From positions 5,642,001-5,706,000 of the forward strand of contig NC_087436.1 in the NCBI RefSeq assembly GCF_036321535.1: DNA of 64,000 nucleotides. The letters run 5' to 3'. The DNA comes from Camelus dromedarius. Lineage: Eukaryota. Numbering within the stretch: position 1 is the first letter of the stretch; each line of letters opens with the position of its first letter. The position numbers and the translations under genes are program-made. Positions 29,795 to 45,193 of the stretch are shown here, piece by piece. The notes beneath the pieces are model-generated. The model searched no databases. It was not told where the DNA came from and was given only the letters and a program-made list of their open reading frames with translations.

Positions 29795-30600
29795 ATTAAG
29801 ACTTTATTTTTGGGACCAGGCTTGGGTTCACAGCAAAATCGAGCAGACAGTGCAAAGAGTTCCGATACCTCTGCTCCCACACGTGTCGCCTCCTCCAGTC
29901 TCACTGTCCTCACCAGCGCGGTACATTTGTTAAACTGATGAACCTACATTGACCTATTGTGATCACCCAAAGTCCGTGGTTCACATTACCCTTCGCTTCT
30001 GGTGTCGTACGTTCTGTGGTTTTGGACAAATCTATTAACATGCTTTCATCATTATAATTTCATACAGAGTGTCTTCACTGCTCTGTGCTCCAACTGTTCA
30101 TCCTGCCCCCTCCTCCCTCCCTCAGCACCTGGCCACCACTGACTGATCTTTTTACTGTCTCCATAGTTTTGCCTCTTCCAGAATGTCATATAGTTGGAAT
30201 CATACAGTAGGTAGCCTTGTCTGATTGGCTTTTCCCACTTAGTAATATGCATTTAAAGTTCCTCCATGTCTTTCCGTGACTTGGCAGCTCATTCCTTTTT
30301 AGCACTGATAATATTCCGTTGTCTGTATACCCCAAACTATTTATTGGTTCACTCATTAAAGAACATCTTGGTTGCTTCCAAGTGTTGGCAGTTATGAATA
30401 AAACTGCTGTGAACCTCTGTGTGGTGGTTTTTGAGTAGACATACGGTTTCAGCTCTTTGGGTAAATATCAAAGAGTGACATTGATCGATCATATGGAAAG
30501 AGTAGGTCTAGTTTTCTAAGAAAGAACTTCACTGTCTCCCAAAGTGGCTGTACCATTTTGCATCTCCACTGACAATGAGTGAGAGTTCCTTTTGCTCCAC
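29795..30600 (-). mobile_element. LINE-1 (L1MA/MB-type) 3' end
   Basis: gggttcacagcaaaat..., ccagaatgtcatatagttggaatcatacagta, aaagtggctgtaccattttgcat. Confidence 0.85.
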
Positions 30601-31434
30601 TGATGCTGAGTTTTAATGAAGACTTTGTGATTTTATGCGGTGAAGCTACAAAGGGCATGTGTTCAAAAGACTTTATAGGAAATTAAAGATGAACTCATCA
30701 CAGACAGATCCGTCCCAGGGGGTAGACTTCAGTTGAATTTGAAATTAAGACAAATGAATAATTTTAAGTTTATAATGTGTTTCATAATACCATTTTTCCT
30801 TTCTGTGGCTTTAGTTGATTCTAGGTCATTGCCAAGAAACTTCAAACAAGGCTTTTTAACATTTTTCTTACAGGCTTAATTCTTTTTCCTCGAGCTTACC
30901 AGTTTTGATTATGTTGATCATTTTGTAATGAAGAAACTGAGAATTTTATTGTGCAAGGTTCTCTAGGGAAATATCATTCAGTTTTAATAATTTGATTTAA
31001 CTAAATAATTGATGCTATTTTAAAAATGAGTGTGTAAAATTTACCAGACCATAAAACTTTTAACACCCCAAAGGATGTTACACAAATGCTATTTTTACGG
31101 AAAGCTATTAATATTAAGGAAAAAAATTAAATGGTAATTAGTTTGGGCCATGCTGATCAAACAGAACCAAACTTGTTACTGCAGGATTTCTCAGAGCCTT
31201 TAAGATGCCCATGTGAGAATCATTTTCTAAACTTACTAGATCAGAGAGTCTTGTAGATCAGGGTGGTGGTTTTCAAAACATTGTCAAGATCAGCTAGTGT
31301 TAGACCAAGTTAGTAAAAAAAGGAAAAAATAAGGCAAACATGCTGGTCGTTAGCTTGCATCTTTAGCATATTTTACAAGTCATCCAGCATCTCCTTGCCT
31401 ATAACTATTCATTTGATGTAGAATTTGCCAAAAA

Positions 31435-31527
31435 AGGGGACCAACAGTCCCAGTGTGACTGGGACTCCAGACTTTCTGTTCCAAAACTGGGACAGCCCCA
31501 GGCAAACCAGGATGGCTGGTCACCCTC
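31435..31527. mobile_element. Short non-autonomous hAT element (MER81/MER94-like MITE)
   Basis: Imperfect terminal inverted repeats gggaccaacagtccc ... ggatggctggtcaccct with internal gggac repeats. Confidence 0.6.
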
Positions 31528-31534
31528 ATTACCC

Positions 31535-31715
31535 TAGAAACAGAGAGATCTGGATTCAAATTCCACGTTGGTCACATATTTTTGTGACCCTGAGCAAAAT
31601 ATCACTTGATGACTGGCAACTCTCACCTGTAAAATTGGGGTAAAAATATTTGTTGCATAGAGTTTTTTGAAAAAGGACTTAATAAGAAACTCTGCAGCTC
31701 AGGCTTGGCACGTGG
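31535..31715 (+). mobile_element. MIR fragment
   Basis: ctggattcaaattcca...tgtgaccctgagcaa...tctcacctgtaaaattgggg. Confidence 0.6.
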
Positions 31716-32197
31716 AGAACTAGGTCAACTTGAACTCTTTCTCTTTCCCTCACCTTCCTTTCCAACACTCCTGCCACATAGGAGACACATTGTTCTTTCA
31801 TTGATAAGAAACCTTGGATGCTGATGTTTTAGTAAACTTGCTCCAGGCAACAGAGCAGAAATGGTGAAATCAGGGCTCCATGCAGCCCTGAAAAAGATCA
31901 GGAGATGCTGTGTTCCGTGCTTTTGACACTATACTCAATTCCATTTCAAGTGTCAAGGAAAATTTGGAAAGTGGCCATTCATAGGAAATTTTATAACACT
32001 TTCATAGTACTAAATCTAGGACTTTTTTGAATGGTATTTTTTTTTTTCCTATCTCAGCACCGTGCAGATAACATGTTTCAGTTGGTGCAAACATTAGGAT
32101 GGCCCATAAAATTTTATATTTTAGCCGATTTATTCTCTTTGTATATTCATTAGATTTTAAATGTATATAGAACTCCTTCCTATCTCCTTTTTTTTTG

Positions 32198-32239
32198 TTT
32201 TTGGTTTTGGTTTTGGTTTTGGTTTTGGTTTTGGTTTTT
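32198..32239. repeat. (TTTTGG)n simple repeat following poly-T
   Basis: About 6 units directly visible. Confidence 0.9.
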
Positions 32240-34924
32240 AACTGTCAGTAAAGTTTTTTGGTATCAGTGATTACAGAAATGTGTTACTGAATAATGTCTG
32301 CTAACTGCTGGGCACGACAAACATGTTTAAAATGCATATTTCATTTTCCTCCTGAAAAATAAGTCTTAATAAGGATACATTTCAAATGAGATAAAAAAGC
32401 GCATTTGGAAAATGGGCCATAAAAACGTTTTCCCAGGTTTCTTCTTCAAGTGTGGTGTGAGGCTACTGTCACAGAGGACACAGAGCATCATGGCACCCCC
32501 ACTGAAATGTAAATTTCCAGCTCAGATGAGAGATTTCACAGAACATAAACATCACGGCAGAGATGATACATTTGTTTTCAGAGAAGGAGATCGTTACATT
32601 GCCGTCATGTTCCCTGCAAGTTAATTTACATCTAGTTAGTGAATGGTAGAATAAAACTGAAATATTTCACTGTCCAATCCAAAATGTGAACATATTTGTT
32701 TAGAAAAATAAATGAGCCACAGATGCAGAACATAAACAAGAAGGAACTCCGTTACAGAGGCTTTTGATTTCCTCTTAGCCCAGAATTGTGTCTCCATGAT
32801 GGTGACTTTTAATTTAAAGTGATAATAGGCTTGAGACTTGATTAGATTTGAACATTCGAGAAAGGTTGGAAGGATTTTTCTTCTTGGCGGGCTTACGCTT
32901 TGAATCATAATGAAAACACGCTGCATTGGACTTAAATGCTTTTAGTTCATTCAACCTAGTCTTATTTTTTAATGGAGTTCACCAGCATTTATAGAGCTCT
33001 AAAACATTCAGCAGATGGCTTTATAGATTTCTCATAGTAATGTGAGCAGTCAGACTCAATGAAGATTTCGGCCTTTAACTATGATCTTTACTCTTGAACA
33101 CAAATAAACTGCGGCCCTAGTTTCTGTTTCTGATTCCCTGACCTAAACTTCATCACAAGAATTAAATTGGCAACGGACTGATTGCTGTAAAGGAAAGCAA
33201 TTTAATCAGTGTTTCCCCCACCCCACCCAGGAGATTAGAAACAAACACATAAGTGAGGCAGATAAATCCTGATGTAATATCTCTATTTCTTCAAGGAGCC
33301 TTTTCTTAAGTAGATATGATTTAAAACAATGCTTTTGATATTATATGATTTTTTAAATTACCTTTAAAAAAATCTACATGGATATTGTAGAATTGTTAGA
33401 AAAGAAATATCATCATGTGTTTTTCCTCCCTATTATTATTACCATTTCATTTACTTTTCTTTCATTTTTCTGTTGAAGGTATATCACCATTTTTTGTTAC
33501 TCTCATTTTTTTGTTGAAAAAAATTTAGTTGTAATAATGTTTTTCTCTTATAGCTAGCATTATTGGTATTCTCACATTACCTTTATTAGTAGAACTTTTT
33601 AATGGCTGCGTAATACTTCCACAAGGCAAAAAGCATAGTTTTTAAGCATTCCTTTACTGTCAACAATTCAGATTCTTTCTAATTTTTGCATATTACCAAT
33701 GACACTGAAATTAATATCTTTGTGGGAAAAGTCTCTGTATTTGAGAATATTTTCTTGGGATAGCTTCCCAGAAATTACATTTTCAATCCAGGAATATAAG
33801 TTGCCTAAATTGCATATATAATACAGTGTCTTTTGCTGATTTCTTGCATGTACAATTTGAAGGAAAAAGTTGCAGATCTGGGGAAAAAATGGCAGTGGGT
33901 TTTATTTAGAGCCATCTGGTAGAGGTATTTGCAGGAAACTCAAGTGCAACCATCCAGAGATAATCTAGATTTGTCAAGAAAGACTCATATATAGGCCTGC
34001 AATGACACTGCTTAACTGGCAGTAGCATATGAGAAGAAATTTTAGTGAGAAAATTTAGCAGTAAATGCAAATGTCTTATTACCATTAACAGTACCCAATC
34101 ACTGTCATGTGGGCTCAAAATCATTTTCTCTTTTTCTTCTGTCTTCCTCCCAACTTTCCCATCAAATCTGATTCATTCATATGATAAACTTAAACTGATT
34201 CAACTAAACTGAGTCATGCAAAGATTAAGTGATAACTTCACAGTACCATTTTTAGTGTTAAAAACGTGGCATCTTAAAAAAAACTTCTGGATGTGGGGAG
34301 GGGATAATTCATACCCCATAAATTATTTTCTCATTTGCCTGATTGTAATATCTCTCATATTAAAAATAAACAAGATAGACATCTATCCACCATTGGACTG
34401 ATTTATAACACTATTGTAGTATATCGCAATTATCTGTTTATGTATCTTTTCATCGAACTGAGAGACATGTAAGTGCCATAAAGATATAATCCATATCAAC
34501 ATCTCTGACCCCCCTTCCTTCCTTCCTCCTTTCCTATTGAGTCTCCCCAGAGTGCCCAACCCTGCCCTGAGCGCTGAGAATTCAGTGGTGACAGAGAAGT
34601 TTTCCACTTCCCTGGAGTAACTATTCTAGTGGTGAAGAAAGATGAAATAAACAAAAAATACACAGAGAAGATGTTCAGATACTGGTAGAGACTCTGAAGG
34701 AAATAAACAAGGGCACAACAAGGTGAAGGAGAGTGACCAGGAGTGGGCTGAGCAGGAGGGATACCACTGGGGAAGTCACGTTTGGGCCACAGGTGTAATT
34801 TAAAGCCATGGACTGAATGAGATCACTTAGAACAAAGAGGGTTGATGTGAAATGGAAATTCCCCTTAACAAATGGGAAAAGATGGCGGAAATTGGAAGGA
34901 GACATGGACCTAAGAAACAGTTGT

Positions 34925-35058
34925 TATATCTGTCTGTTTCTATCATGTATTTATCTATCTATCTATTTGTCCACCTGTCTGTCCTTCTATCCATCCCTCC
35001 ATCTGTCTGTCTATCTATCTATCCATCCGTCTGTCTACCTATCATCATCTATCTATCA
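34925..35058. repeat. Degenerate (TCTA/TCTG/TCCA)n tetranucleotide repeat
   Basis: Directly visible. Confidence 0.85.
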
Positions 35059-36424
35059 AATTCACACACTTACCCATTTCTTTCTTTCCTTATTTACAAT
35101 ACCAAATATTAGAGTCACTGAATTGCTAATAGAGAAAAAGACTTATGTGGGATATTAAGGGTATAACTGCAGGAAAAATGTCCTCAAGAAGATGAGAGGG
35201 ACAGGGGCAGTGCACTGCTGGCGTGGCCGTCCCCTGGGAGGAGTATGGCCACCTCACGCATTGTCAACTCAGGAGGGAAACAGAGAGATGTGGGGCTTAG
35301 TAGATTTTGGTCAAAAGATCAGTGGGTTCTGTCTGTTGGCTTCTGTTTCCTCCGTGACAGGTAAGGTGAGGGAGGCAGCAGGAATTCAGAGAAAGAAAAG
35401 TGTGCAGAGGTGTGGGTTTTAGAGAAGATAAAAGGAAGGTATAGAATAGTCATTTTTGAGAGTGGAAGAACCAAGTTACTGAAGAAAGGATGATTATTTG
35501 GAAATATTGAGTGCCCATTTTGAATTTGTGATCAAGAAACTTAGTGTGTCACAAAATCAGTATGATATTATATTTTTGCCCAGATTCTCTGTACTTTTGT
35601 TAACAAAAGATTGAAAAATACTGAAAACAGAAATTTCCTCAGCAATCATTAAAGTTTTTATGTTAAAATGTGATTTATTATTGCTGATAGCAACATCATA
35701 CTTTGATAGATGGCAGTATATACACATGCCATAATAATACTTATCCAGCCCCTGATGATGCTTAGTGAACTTTTGTAGTTTTTTTTTTTTTTTCTGTTTG
35801 GATCCCAGCTCCTAAAGCAATCCTGCTATCACACAGAGATCTGAATACTGTAAGTTTAGAACTAATATTATCATAGACTAGTGAAGTGTGAGGGGGCATA
35901 GAAATCATGAAGTTTGGTGGTTCTTCCATTTGATTTATCATAACCATCTAGAGGAGTTTAAAAACAAATAAATACTCCAAAGATCTCTGCAGATCTATGT
36001 GAGCTTCAGTAGGGTAAAATTAGAGACAGAGTCTCAAAACCAGTCAGACTTCTTTGCATGTCACCAAATGAATCTCTCATTAGACAATGGAGAAATACTG
36101 ATTTGTTAATTTGATAATTTCCTGTATCAGCAGATAAGGTCATAAAATCTTGCTCTAATGAGAAACTAGTTTGAAAAAAGAAAACATAAACAAAATCATC
36201 AACACAATTACTATGAAAGGTCTCACCTGAAATGGCTGAGATGTTACCATAATTGAAAATGTTTAGAACCAAGAGGACATTCCATAGTCCCAATATTCTA
36301 TATGACTCCTCTTAGATTCTTAGGTTTCTAAAGGTAGAAATTGTGTCTGAATTCTTGAACTCTGATGTGGTATTGCATGGTGGGCAACTGCAGTCTTGAT
36401 TGCCAGTGCATGGTGAGTCTCTGA

Positions 36425-36649
<225 letters not shown>

Positions 36650-36897
36650 TGATTGTAATGAAACTCAACAATGGCCACTATTTTTCCCTGCTGAATTAGT
36701 CATTCTCGTTTTTATCTCTTACGTTTTGAGCAAAGGGAACATTATTTCCTAACTATACAAAAGTCCCTTTGAAGATTGAGAAGAAACCTGTTAAGTGTCT
36801 TTTTCTTGTCTTGCACTCCAGGAGAGTCATCTGGTCAACCAGTTTGTAGCTGTTGAAGTGAATTTCTAACTGTGCTCTTTTCCCATTTCCTTACTAG

Positions 36898-37002
36898 GTG
36901 CAGGTTGAAGGTCTCTCAGGAAATATCAAGTTTGACCAGAATGGAAAAAGAATAAATTATACAATTAACATCATGGAGCTCAAAACAAATGGGCCCCGGA
37001 AG
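36898..37002 (+). CDS. GRIA2: GluA2 exon 8 (ATD), 105 nt
   Basis: tactag|GTGCAGGTT ... CGGAAG|gtaaat; encodes [35 protein letters not shown]. Confidence 0.96.
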
Positions 37003-37663
37003 GTAAATCATCAGTGGTGGGAAGGCAGTTCTCTCTGTGTGAGGAGGAGGGTTAGAGAACCCATTGCCTCTTCTTCCAGAGTCCTGGAGATGTATGTTCA
37101 CATAGATGGAGTTCAGCAACTTCCAGAAACATATATTTTAAAATATTTCTTTTCTAAATAAAATCTATGTATTTCTGGTAAGTGACACTGAAATTAATTT
37201 TAAAATAACTATGAACAGAAGTGTCATACTTTTTTAAAGACAAAGGTAGAAACAGAGTTTAATGAAAAGAAAAAGAACTATTGCTGAAGGGTTGTGGTTC
37301 AGAAGACTTAATGCACGTGGTGCTAATGTGCATGTAACAGTCCAATTCCATATTTTTTTTCCTTCTGTTAGGGCTAAAATGCCATTGTTTGGATTTTATT
37401 TGTGATTCTATATGACCAACTCCCCAACGCACTACCTTTGGAGAATGTGAAAAGTGATCACAAAGAGACAAGCTGTTTGTTGGTTTGATTGGTCCCTTTC
37501 TACTCCTCTTAGAGTCACAGAGACAAACAAGACACATCTCTATTTAGAAGCAGCCAAGTAATGCAGGTGTCATTTCAGATTCAGATGTGGGTTTGACAGT
37601 AATTCAGTGCTTTCCCAATTGAAAGTCATGAAGCCACGAGCCCACCCTCTGTTCCTGTTTCAG

Positions 37664-37774
37664 ATCGGATACTGGAGCGAAGTGGACAAAATGGTTGTCA
37701 CCCTCACCGAACTCCCTTCTGGAAATGACACCTCTGGGCTTGAGAATAAAACTGTTGTCGTCACTACAATCTTG
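37664..37774 (+). CDS. GRIA2: GluA2 exon 9 (end of ATD, linker, start of S1), 111 nt
   Basis: tttcag|ATCGGATAC ... ATCTTG|gtaatt; encodes [37 protein letters not shown]. Confidence 0.97.
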
Positions 37775-39308
37775 GTAATTAGCGACACACACCTATGCGT
37801 CACACTAATTTTTCTTATGAAAAATATCTGTCAACTGAAATCACTGCTTATGTTTCAGGACAATAACTGACATGGTGCTGCTTTTGAATGCTTTAGTCAT
37901 TCACTGCATGATGACTGTGCCCAAAAGACCATGCACAAACATGAGCTAAAGCATTCAAAATATCTGCTGTCCTCTTCAAGGTGGGACTTTAGCTTCATAG
38001 ATTCGTAACCTGGTGCTCACACGGGGGAAGACCTGGGGCAAGTCTGGAGAAGTCTTCTTGGAATTTCCTCGGGTGTCTCATCTTCTCATTCCCACACAAT
38101 TCTGGGTCCATTCTGCCCTTACATCTGTTACATGGTTTAGCAATGCTGTCACCTTCTCTTGCTTCATACAGAAAGCTAAACTCCTTAAAGACAGGGCTTA
38201 TCTCCCTTCTTTTTAACTCCAAGTCCCAACATAGTAGTTGACACATAGCTGATGCTTTAAAAATGGCTTTCGGATGACTGAGACAGAATTGAACTGGATC
38301 GTGACCATCGAGGCTTGGGACAGGTGGAAGGTCTCTCCATGTCATGCAGGTCCTCGTGACAGGCTGTGGGTGAAATGAAACGGGGAAAGTGGGGCTCGCT
38401 GATAGTATGTGATGTTGCGACAGAACAATCTTATTTTGTTTTACCGAGCTGTGATGTAGTAAATCTGGAGAATTCGTCAACATAATAATATTGAGAAGAA
38501 AATATATGTAGTCTGACATGGGATTTGGGTAAGAACGTTGGTTGGCACTGGAATATCTTGATGCAGGCTAGACATTTGAGGATTTTGGCCTTAATCGTGC
38601 CACTGAGAGGAACCATCTCACTGAGCCTCCGCGTATCCTTAGCACCACTTTTCAGTAGAGAATGTTGGGCTGGTGTTGGGTCATTTTTTCCACACTTCCT
38701 CTTTATGGTGTTTACAGGGGAAGCTGCTCTCTAGTGCTCTGTATAGCGTAATTCTGGGATATTATATTTCGTAGAGGAGGTGAGGGCTCAAGCCTGGGAG
38801 GGTGGAATCAGCACATCACCACGGCAATGACTCTTCCGGTCTGCACGTTGCTCACCATGAACCTGATTTTCACGTGAACTTTGTCCTCAGGCTGGTAGTG
38901 ACCCAGGGTTTTGGGTGGTTGCAGGTTCTCTGGGGTCTGGGTAGCCTTGTAGAAAAGAGAGTGGGTGGATCCAGAGTTGAATGTGGATGTAGAGCGGTGT
39001 GACTCCTCTCTAAGCCCTCGGGATTACAAACATGATGGTGGGACAGAGTAACAGTTTTGTGCTGTTAGTCTCTTGTTTACTTTGGTATGTCTGGGTACAA
39101 GGCATATTAGTGAGATATAATGATCGACATTTGAGAATTTTGTTAAGAAGCATTAATTTTTTCCCACTCATATTATCCACTATCTATATTCTCCAGGATC
39201 TCTGGCTAACAGGTAATAATTAAACCGGAAAATTGGAGTTGATGAGAGTGGCTGATTAACACAGCCATTTTTTTTTTTAATCAACTGAAGCACCTTCTTT
39301 CCATATAG

Positions 39309-39515
39309 GAATCTCCATATGTTATGATGAAGAAGAATCACGAAATGCTTGAAGGCAATGAACGCTACGAGGGATACTGTGTTGACTTGGCTGCAGAAAT
39401 TGCCAAACACTGTGGGTTCAAGTACAAGTTGACGATTGTCGGGGATGGCAAGTATGGGGCCAGGGATGCAGACACGAAAATTTGGAATGGGATGGTTGGA
39501 GAGCTTGTCTATGGG
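39309..39515 (+). CDS. GRIA2: GluA2 exon 10 (ligand-binding domain S1), 207 nt
   Basis: atatag|GAATCTCCA ... TATGGG|gtaagt; encodes [14 protein letters not shown]...[11 protein letters not shown]. Confidence 0.97.
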
Positions 39516-39947
39516 GTAAGTACCACTCTTCTCAAGGATAAAGTCATTCAGTGTGAACTCTTGTTGACAGAATGCTTGCCTCCCCTGAAAAGTCCCGCTA
39601 CTGAGGTAGTTGGTTTCCTACACTACTCTAGGAAGAGTGTCTTGTTTCCTTGTGACATTTGAAGATGCAGGATGAAGTCAGAAGCAAATGTGCAGTTGGC
39701 AACAGGCATTTTACTGTCTGGAAGCCTAGGGGCCATATTCATTGTTCCAAGACCGCAAAGGCACAGATGCAGACAGTTTTTATAATTGAGGCAGAAGGGT
39801 GTGCTCTGTATTTATAAAAAGGAGGGATATTTGGCGGGGGGCGGGGAATGGCTCTTTTTTGGTTTGTCTTTTACTGAGATTCTGCCAAGGAAATAATTAT
39901 TTCCGTTTCCCCGACTTCCTTTCCTTCTCTCCCATCCCGAGATGTAA

Positions 39948-40676
<729 letters not shown>

Positions 40677-43600
40677 TTCTCATTTTACAGTCATCTGTGT
40701 GTCGATCCACAGACCTGTATATGGGAAAATGGGCAACAGGACTGATTAACTCCAAAAGCCACAAAACCTCATTTGCACACTTCCCATCCCTTTTATTTTT
40801 CTGCTACTAGCTCACGGAAATGATATTTATAAAATTTGGTTTTTCTTTAAAGGTTAAGTTGTTGGATTAAAAAGGCTCTACGGTAACGTATTTTCCAAGT
40901 GTCTCGAAATACATAGTTGGGTGATAACGATGGCTGATTCATTACGGAAAGTTGTGCCACGTTGAAGAGTCATACACACAGGATGGAATAAATTTACACA
41001 CCTCTCATCTCATTATGACATTTTAATTCCTGCTCTAGAATGCCTAAGCATAATGAATAATGAATATAGCACAGAAGACATATTACCTTTGTTCACGTTG
41101 CATACATGAATAAGAAAGAGAGCCTAAAAAAAAAAAAAAAGGAACGATAGCCTCATCTGGTTCTTCAGAGGAATAAATCAGACTTCTTCTGATGCGACTG
41201 TTTTCACATTTAAAGCCTAAATGATTATCGATCTACTGGCACATTTTCATTTGGGCTCAGTTACCCTCCTTTGATTCTATGGAACATTTTAATAACTAGC
41301 AAAGGCAGTGATTTTTTAAAGTACAATTTCATTATATTGTTAGCTTTTGAGCACTTTGAGGATAAAAACTAATTCATTTCAGAAAACTCTATGTGAAGCT
41401 CTCAAGTTTGTATCTTTTAGCAATCTTCTTTCTATACTCTACCCAGTGAGTTAAAGGAAATATATCATGTGTGCAGAAATTATCAATAACTTCACAGAAA
41501 GCAGGGCACATTTTTAAGAATTATCTGGATCCAAACAATCTTAATTCCATCAAATTCCTTGTGTCTTCTCTATGGAACTGCACTGAATTAGAACTACACC
41601 AGCGGCATTTGCATGGCATATATACACGTAGAAATATGATTTTAATATATAATAATAATTATATATAATATATAATTACGATGACTTCTGACAAACTATA
41701 TAAGACTCATAGCTTCATTTCTATATTTAGCTTATCTGACTTAAGTTAAAGAAAGAAAGAGAAGTTTCTAATCAGGAAGGAGGAGAATACTAACCAGATT
41801 GGAATCTCAGAGAACATTCTGGTTCATAAATAATAATGAAATGATTCATCTTTGGTAAGAAGTATACTGTTGCCCAAGTCCTGAAATGTAAGGCAGTTAC
41901 CCTAGGGTTGCACACGCTGTGCTCTGCCTTTTGAATAAGGAGGGGCAATGCATGAGGCTTCATTATGCAGTAGGACATACTGACCTGGGTTCCCACCCAT
42001 GGACCCTCATGTATCACGGCTCTGAAGGTCGATTTGGTGTCCAGTGCTTGTAAGGAGCAGAAGGCATATTTACCCATAGGGGCTGGAGCACAAGGCACAT
42101 TTAACCATCTGTGTTATCCCAGGGTCCACCATGACATATTGACATGCTAATTTTCAACACGCCTGCTTCCTAAACTGTGACCTTTTCCTGCGCTTCTAAT
42201 TTCATTCCTGCATCATGACTCACTCATCAATTCCAAGTGTATTACTTTTTTATTCCCTGGTAAGATAAATCAGTTTTTGAAAGTATATTTTTCCTCATTA
42301 TCAATTGGGTTTTTGGGCAAAAATTCACTTTATTAAAAATCTTCAGCTGAAATGTCTTTCACTGTATCGTATATGTGCATTTAAAAGTTGAATCACTACA
42401 TAACAGTGGCAAATTTAGGGATTTTTTAAATGGACTAAACTATCACTATTTTTTTATAATGCAATGATGTTAATTCTAGTTTATGAAAGAGTAAAGCAGC
42501 TTAATATCTAAAAAAATTATTGATATAATGCATGAATTACACAGATCCCTTTAGAGATGCTCTTTAAGTATTTTAAAAGATATTTATCATCTTTTTCCAA
42601 GTAAAATATGATATGGAACTACATTATTAATATGAATAGGACACATTTAAATTTTAACCTAGAATGACTTATTGAACTGAGCAGGTCATTGCCTGAAATT
42701 AAGTCTGGACTTCGTTACCTACAGTTTTGTGAAGACTAGAACCACAGAGATGATGAGAACAGAACGTTGTAAACTTGACCTATTGTCCTGCTTGCTTCTG
42801 TTTTCCCCCAATATCTTTAAAATATTCAAATGATTAAAAAATGACATTCTTAAAATTATTTAATAGTGACTAAAAAGAAATGGTAGAATATGTGCATTTA
42901 TTTGCTCCTTTACTGCAGATACTGAGAGATAGAAGTTTTGTTTTAATTAGAGAAACCATTCTTGCCTGTCACCGTAAAAAATAAAATTGAATTTGCTTCT
43001 CTGCATAAAATTTCTCAGGAACTCTTTCAGAATCATTAATTGATACTTGGAGAACTCTTACAAGTAAATAATAAATCACTCAAGAATCTTCTGTTTTAAA
43101 TGATGCACACGTCCAATAAACTTTTTAATTTATCTTCCACACCTTAAATAAATTGGCATATTTAGTCTCATTAAATTTGTTGTAAGCACTGGAAAAGAGA
43201 ATGACTGATGACTTTAGTGTTTATTTTACAACAGGGACATAATGATTTATTAAAATGATTCTGAAATACATTGCAAGTAAACATGCACTATATAGTGTCA
43301 AAAGCAATTAACAAGCGATCAGTTTAGTTTTAAGGAACTCGAGCGGTCAGGTGCCAGATCTGCCCTCTTGAATACAGGGTACCTGTCATACAATTTTTCC
43401 TTCCGTGACTGTGGAATAAATAGTGAACATCTGGAGAGTGGCTGGGCCTCCTTAGGGGTGTTCCAAATTTAGATAGTATTTAATGTCCTTTTCAGAATCC
43501 AAGTGAGAAATGTTTAATGTTTTCCATTCTATCATATTTAATTCTTTGCATCTCTTAGAGACCATGGTAAAGGCTCTTAATTATATTATTTTTGTTTACC

Positions 43601-44746
43601 ATAGTTTACATTCTCCTTTTTCTTTTATTTTAGGAACAGATGTTTTCATCTAAAAAAGCTTTACTTTTAGCTTCACTCCTGTTTCTTGACTTCTTCAGTA
43701 GTTTCTTCTACAAATATTACCTAATGATTTGATGTAGTAACTATGATTTGTCAAAAAGTCGCATTTCTGATTATTAATTGCCAGATTAATTTAGGCTGTA
43801 AATTGCCACATTGTCGTGATTTAAATTTTTAGAAGTGTTACCTCTTCAGGGTAGGAAGTTTAATTGGTAGATACGACAGAGTTATTAACAAAAAAGAAAA
43901 AATTTTTATATTGGTTTGTTAATATTACTCAAATGCTTTTATATGTAGAACCCCACCAAATCTTTTCAAATAGTACAGTACATATCTCTTTCTGTATCTA
44001 CATGCTTCTATTTACCTACCTAGGGTTTAAAATAAGTTATTGGGAATCTATAAAGCTTTTGAAAAGTGTTTTATGTAAGAATTTACGGTCACGGAAATAC
44101 TGTTATTTTCATTCCCTTTCAAACTAGGAATTTATGTCTTGGGAAACTTTTAAATGTCTGATTTGTTTTCCTGGAGTTTTATTTTATTTATTTATTTTTT
44201 CTTAAGCAGGAACCATAAAGGAACAGGGTCATAGCATTCCTGCCCTGAAGCATCAGATTTCTATTCATTAAGAATTATATTTTGTGTCATACCTTTGTTT
44301 GTAGTATCAACTTTTTCGCATTTCTATCCTGTCCTAGATCTAAAACCTATGTTTTTGTACACACAAAAACTTAATGAAATTTTGGACCTTTCTGAGGCTT
44401 TTGGAACTTCCTTGAATTAAAAGGAGAGTTTCATCAGAGTTTAAAACTGTTTCTCAATGATGCCTACTCTTTTATTTTTAATATTTGACTTTGTCAATAT
44501 CGTTCTGAGTTATGCTGTTGAACTTAGATCCTCTTGTTCATATCTGCTTACGTCATGAGTGGATAAAGTAGTATGAGCTTGGGTAGATTATTTGCACATT
44601 TCTTGAAATTGCTTGTTCCAAGATTTCCTACCGTAAACTATTTGGCCGTTCTACCTGTGAAAGCATCTCAGGGATCTGAAGTTCTGCCGTTGGGTAGCCC
44701 ATCAGATCTAGCGAATCAGTGGTTCCTTGCTCAGGACACTTGCTAA

Positions 44747-45193
<447 letters not shown>

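Noticed and set aside
32054..32070. REST/RE1-like TCAGCACC
   Set aside because: Only the left half-site is present and GGACAG is missing. The known GRIA2 RE1 is in the promoter, outside this window.
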